Assembly: GCA_965226495.1 (NCBI GenBank)
Contig: OZ245365.1
Span: 3,488,001-3,552,000, forward strand
Direction of reading: 5' to 3'
Length of the DNA: 64,000 bases
Source of the DNA: Candidatus Marinacidobacterales bacterium
GTDB lineage: Bacteria; Acidobacteriota; Vicinamibacteria; Marinacidobacterales; DATDRI01
In this document: positions 60,673 through 64,000 of the stretch, piece after piece
Layout: every line of letters begins with the position of its first letter
Position numbering within the stretch: the first letter of the stretch is position 1
Made by a program: the position numbers and the translations under genes
The notes under the pieces: model-generated
Database searches by the model: none
Told to the model about the DNA's origin: nothing
What the model saw: only the letters and a program-made list of their open reading frames with translations

Positions 60673-62805
60673 ATGTTCGCTACTATCGCATTCGCTCTGG
60701 TTGTCGTGAGCGGGGCCATTTGGTGGGTGACTCTACGATTCCTCGGTGTCTATCGACGGGTTCCGGTCGAGAACTACGTCATTTGGGCGCTGGCGGCGGG
60801 TGTAGGGCTTTACGCCCTGATTCAGGAACCGTCGATCTTGAACGGTGCCGCGTTCCTGATTCCAACTGTCGTTTTGGGAGTAGCAGCTTGGTATTTGAAC
60901 ATAAGCGGCCAAGCGCGGTTTCCGAGAGACGAGCTTCGCCTCAAAGTCGGCGATCGTTTCCCTCGTTTCTCACTCCCCGACTCCCAGCGTCGACCATTCC
61001 AATCCGAAAGTCTGGAGGGGGTCAGCTCTGCACTCTATCTCTTCTACCGTGGAGACTGGTGACCCTTCTGCACGACGGAGCTGGGCCAGCTTCATAAGTT
61101 TCACGAGAAAGTCGCCGCAACCGGCGTCCAAGTCTTCGCCATCAGTGTAGATGCCCCCGACGTTTCGGAGGCGTTTCGCACCAAGGTTGGTGCCGAGTTC
61201 ACGTTCCTGTCCGACCAAGAACGAACCCTCATCGACCGGCTAAACATCAAGCACGACGACCCCTACGTGAACGCGGAGATCGCGTTCCCTACTGCGATAT
61301 TGGTCGACAAGTTCGGCATCGTCCGGTGGATTAACGCGATGCAGTATGGAAATACTCGAATGACGCCCAACGAGTTGTTCGAGGCCATCGAGCGTATGAC
61401 CCTCGAAGAACAAAACCGCGAGCTCAGAAGAGCGCGGGCGGTCAGCCAGGTGGTGCGGCAGGTCTTCTTGATGGAAAAGAGCGGTGACTTGGCGCAAGCG
61501 ATCCATGTCATGCGGGAAGAGCTCCAACGACTCGGGCTCGTTTTCTCACTATGTTCGATCACGATTTTCGATGAGGGGGCCGACGCGCTCAAAATCTACC
61601 GGGATGCAAGTGAGACCAGAGACGGTGCAGCGGTCAAGGTGCTTCCGGTATCGCCGGTATCTGATGTCCCGATTCTCCAAGACCTAGTGACGGCATGGCG
61701 GGAAACGCGCGTTTTTTGTGAGAACGTCGACATATTTGATGTTCGTTCCATCCTGAGCGTCCCATTCAGTCACGGAACCGTCGTGCTCGGCGGAACGAAG
61801 CCGGATCAGTTCGAGGAAGACGACATCCATACGCTCGAAGAGTTCGCAAAAGCCATCTCCGTCGGTTACAAACGCTTCCTCGACTTCCAAGAGCTGGATC
61901 GCCGCAACCATGAGCTCCAAGAGACGCAGTTGCAGCTCATTCAATCCGAGAAGATGGCCTCGCTCGGGCAGTTGGTGGCGGGAGTGGCCCATGAGCTCAA
62001 CACACCTATGGGAGCGATCAATAGCAACGCTCAGATCGCCGCGACTGCTTTGGCGCGGGTTCGGAAGGCCCTGGAGGACGGTCGGCTCTCCGAGGAACCG
62101 ACCCGGCGGCGCTTCTCCGAGCTCGTTGCAAACCTCGAAAATCTCAATGGGGTTAATCGAGACGCGTCGGTTCGCATGATCAGAATCGTCGACAGCCTCC
62201 GAAGCTTCGCGCGGCTCGACGAGGCGGAGTGGAAGCGCGCCGACCTGAAAGAGGGGCTCGAAGTCACACTCAGCCTCATGCAGCATGACCTCGGCAACCG
62301 TATCAAGGTCGTCAAGGACTATGGAGACCTGCCCGATGTTCCCTGCTATCCCAAGCAGCTGAATCAAGCATTCTTGAGCCTCTTGATGAACGCCGTCCAG
62401 GCTATCGATGGCAACGGGGAAGTCCGTATCCAAACTCATTGCGACGCGGCTCACGCGATTGTCAAGATTACCGACGACGGGCATGGGATCCCCGAGGAAC
62501 ACCTCGGCCGGATCTTCGATCCCGGCTTTACCACCCGCGGGGTGGGAGTCGGGACTGGCTTGGGGCTCGCGATCTCGTATCGGATTATCGAGAACCACCA
62601 AGGGACCCTCAGCGTGCAAAGCGAAGTTGGCAAAGGCTCCACTTTTACGATAGAGATACCGCTGCGCGCCGACGCGCCGCAGCCAACAAAGTTAGCTGGC
62701 AGGGTGCTGACGGATTCACGGCGCCCTGCGCGAGGAGCCATCAGCGGTCCCGAAGCCGCTCGCCGGCGAAGGGACGGCGGTGGGGGTGGGGCCCCGCCGC
62801 AGTGA
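60673..62805 (+). CDS. Putative selenocysteine-containing sensor histidine kinase (3 TM, AhpC/TSA Prx-like UxxC, GAF-like, HisKA, HATPase_c), 710 aa, Sec at codon 130
   Basis: In-frame TGA at 61060-61062 in FYRGDW-U-PFCTTEL; frame stays open through 61063-61266 (GVQVFAISVD, FTFLSD) into ORF 61267 (AFPTAILVD...VAHELNTP...GTGLGL); SECIS-like hairpin downstream. Confidence 0.8.
61077..61093 (+). promoter_or_regulatory. Candidate bacterial SECIS element
   Basis: GGAGCUG-GGC-CAGCUUC: 7-bp stem (one G-U), G-initiated apical loop 21 nt after the UGA. Confidence 0.6.
62777..62800. repeat. GC-rich hairpin repeat, core GTGGGGGTGGGGCCCC (copy 2), overlapping the kinase 3' end
   Basis: gcggtgggg-gtgggg-ccccgccgc; shares a 16-mer with 34627-34642. 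Confidence 0.6.
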
Positions 62806-62975
62806 TGAAGGAGCGAGCCCGGCCCGAGTGGGCCGACGACGGGAAGCCGAGCGAGGAGCGAGGCGCCAAGCGCGCGAACGAAGAGTGAGCGCGCATTGAT
62901 GCAGTTCTAAAGACCGGCCCGAAAACACGGAACTTTTGAGCGCTCAAGATCGTTTCAACCCGCGGCGGAGACATT

Positions 62976-64000
62976 ATGCTGCATAGACTTCTTGGAACTC
63001 TTCTTACTTTGTCGTTCGTGCTGTTAGTCGGCCTCATGGGTCTTGCTGAACCGGCTCAATCTGCACAGTCGAAAAGCGGCCCCCTCTTCGAAGAACCGTT
63101 GAGCCCACGCATCGCCAACTACCAGATCGACGTCAAGTTGACCCCCGAGACGCGGACCCTCGAGGGAAAGCAAGTGCTGACGTGGTACAACAAAACCGGT
63201 GAGACGATTGACGAGCTCCGATTCCATCTCTATCTCAACGCCTTTCGCAACTCTCGCACTACCTTCATGCAGGAATCGGGAGGCACGATGCGCGGCCACG
63301 CCATCGACGAAGAAGGATGGGGTTTCATCGAGGTCGACCGCTTGAGCCTATCCCAGCTCGAAGAGCGGACCGACGATCGCCTACGACTCTATCAACCAGG
63401 GGTCGGCTCTGACTGGCGCGAGGTTTTTCGAATCAACGCCGCCGCAACGGGAGCCGACCTCACCGAAGCCATGGAGTTTATCCAACCAGACGACAGCAAC
63501 GAACACGACAAGACGGTGTTCCGGGTGCCGCTACCCACGCCGCTCGCGCCGGGTGAAGGGGTGGCCCTCGACTTCGAGTTCCGAGCCCAGCTCCCGACGC
63601 CGCCTTTTGCGCGCACCGGCGCCAAGGAAGAGTACTTCTTCGTCGGCCAATGGTTTCCGAAGATCGCCGTCCACGACGGTGGAGAATGGAACGCTCACCA
63701 GTTTCACTACAACTCGGAGTTCTTCGCCGACTACGGGGTCTACGACGTGCGGATGACGGTTCCCGAAGACTTCGTACTGGGTGCGACCGGCTTGGAGGTG
63801 GAGACCATCGACAACGGCGATGGGACGACCACTCACTACTACCACGCCGAAGATGTCCATGACTTCGCCTGGACCGCGAGCCCGGAGTACCAGGTCTTCA
63901 CCGGCGAAACGCAAGATGTGAAGATCAGGGCGCTGGTACAGCCGGACCACGTCGGGCAAGGAAAACGCCATATCGAGGCCGCCAAAGTCGCGGTGAGTTT
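62976..64000 (+). CDS. M1 family metallo-aminopeptidase (partial; runs off the right edge)
   Basis: Not in the ORF track. Signal peptide, PLSPRIANYQIDV, LRFHLYLNAF, GQWFPKIAV, EFFADYGVYDV, AEDVHDFAW. Confidence 0.85.
   Translation, partial: MLHRLLGTLLTLSFVLLVGLMGLAEPAQSAQSKSGPLFEEPLSPRIANYQIDVKLTPETRTLEGKQVLTWYNKTGETIDELRFHLYLNAFRNSRTTFMQESGGTMRGHAIDEEGWGFIEVDRLSLSQLEERTDDRLRLYQPGVGSDWREVFRINAAATGADLTEAMEFIQPDDSNEHDKTVFRVPLPTPLAPGEGVALDFEFRAQLPTPPFARTGAKEEYFFVGQWFPKIAVHDGGEWNAHQFHYNSEFFADYGVYDVRMTVPEDFVLGATGLEVETIDNGDGTTTHYYHAEDVHDFAWTASPEYQVFTGETQDVKIRALVQPDHVGQGKRHIEAAKVAVS

Noticed and set aside
61267-62805. Stand-alone 512-aa kinase starting at GTG 61267
   Set aside because: That start falls inside the thioredoxin-fold domain and has no SD sequence; the upstream frame is open back to the TGA.

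Overview
GC-rich bacterial chromosomal window from a diderm (LPS/Kdo-making) organism; gene content and repeats suggest Acidobacteriota (inference only). Left end (1-12.4 kb): a surface-modification-like region with four membrane-anchored alkaline-phosphatase-superfamily (LtaS/sulfatase-like) genes, three of them alternating with two PhnD-like lipoproteins, plus a YfhO-like membrane protein. 12.5-28.8 kb: type IVa pilus cluster (pilB, pilT, pilC, pilS, pilR, two 6-Cys pilins under a sigma-54 promoter, ABC transporter, pilD, second kinase) with embedded thiol-handling genes. 30-42 kb: kdsB-pyrG-kdsA-kdsD-kdsC-lapA-lapB, coaE, folD, accC, accB, Xaa-Pro peptidase. 43.6-50.7 kb: pilMNOPQ and two lipoprotein genes, each interrupted by a short insertion. 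51-57.5 kb: rplM-rpsI-rpsB-tsf-pyrH-frr-thrC and an AlaX-like gene. Right end: TAXI-TRAP transporter and a partial M1 peptidase. Top finding: the ORFs 60673-61062 and 61267-62805 are one reading frame joined through an in-frame TGA in a W-U-P-F-C (UxxC) peroxiredoxin-like motif, followed by a SECIS-like hairpin. This predicts a 710-aa membrane selenoprotein sensor histidine kinase (TM, Prx-like, GAF-like, HisKA, HATPase).
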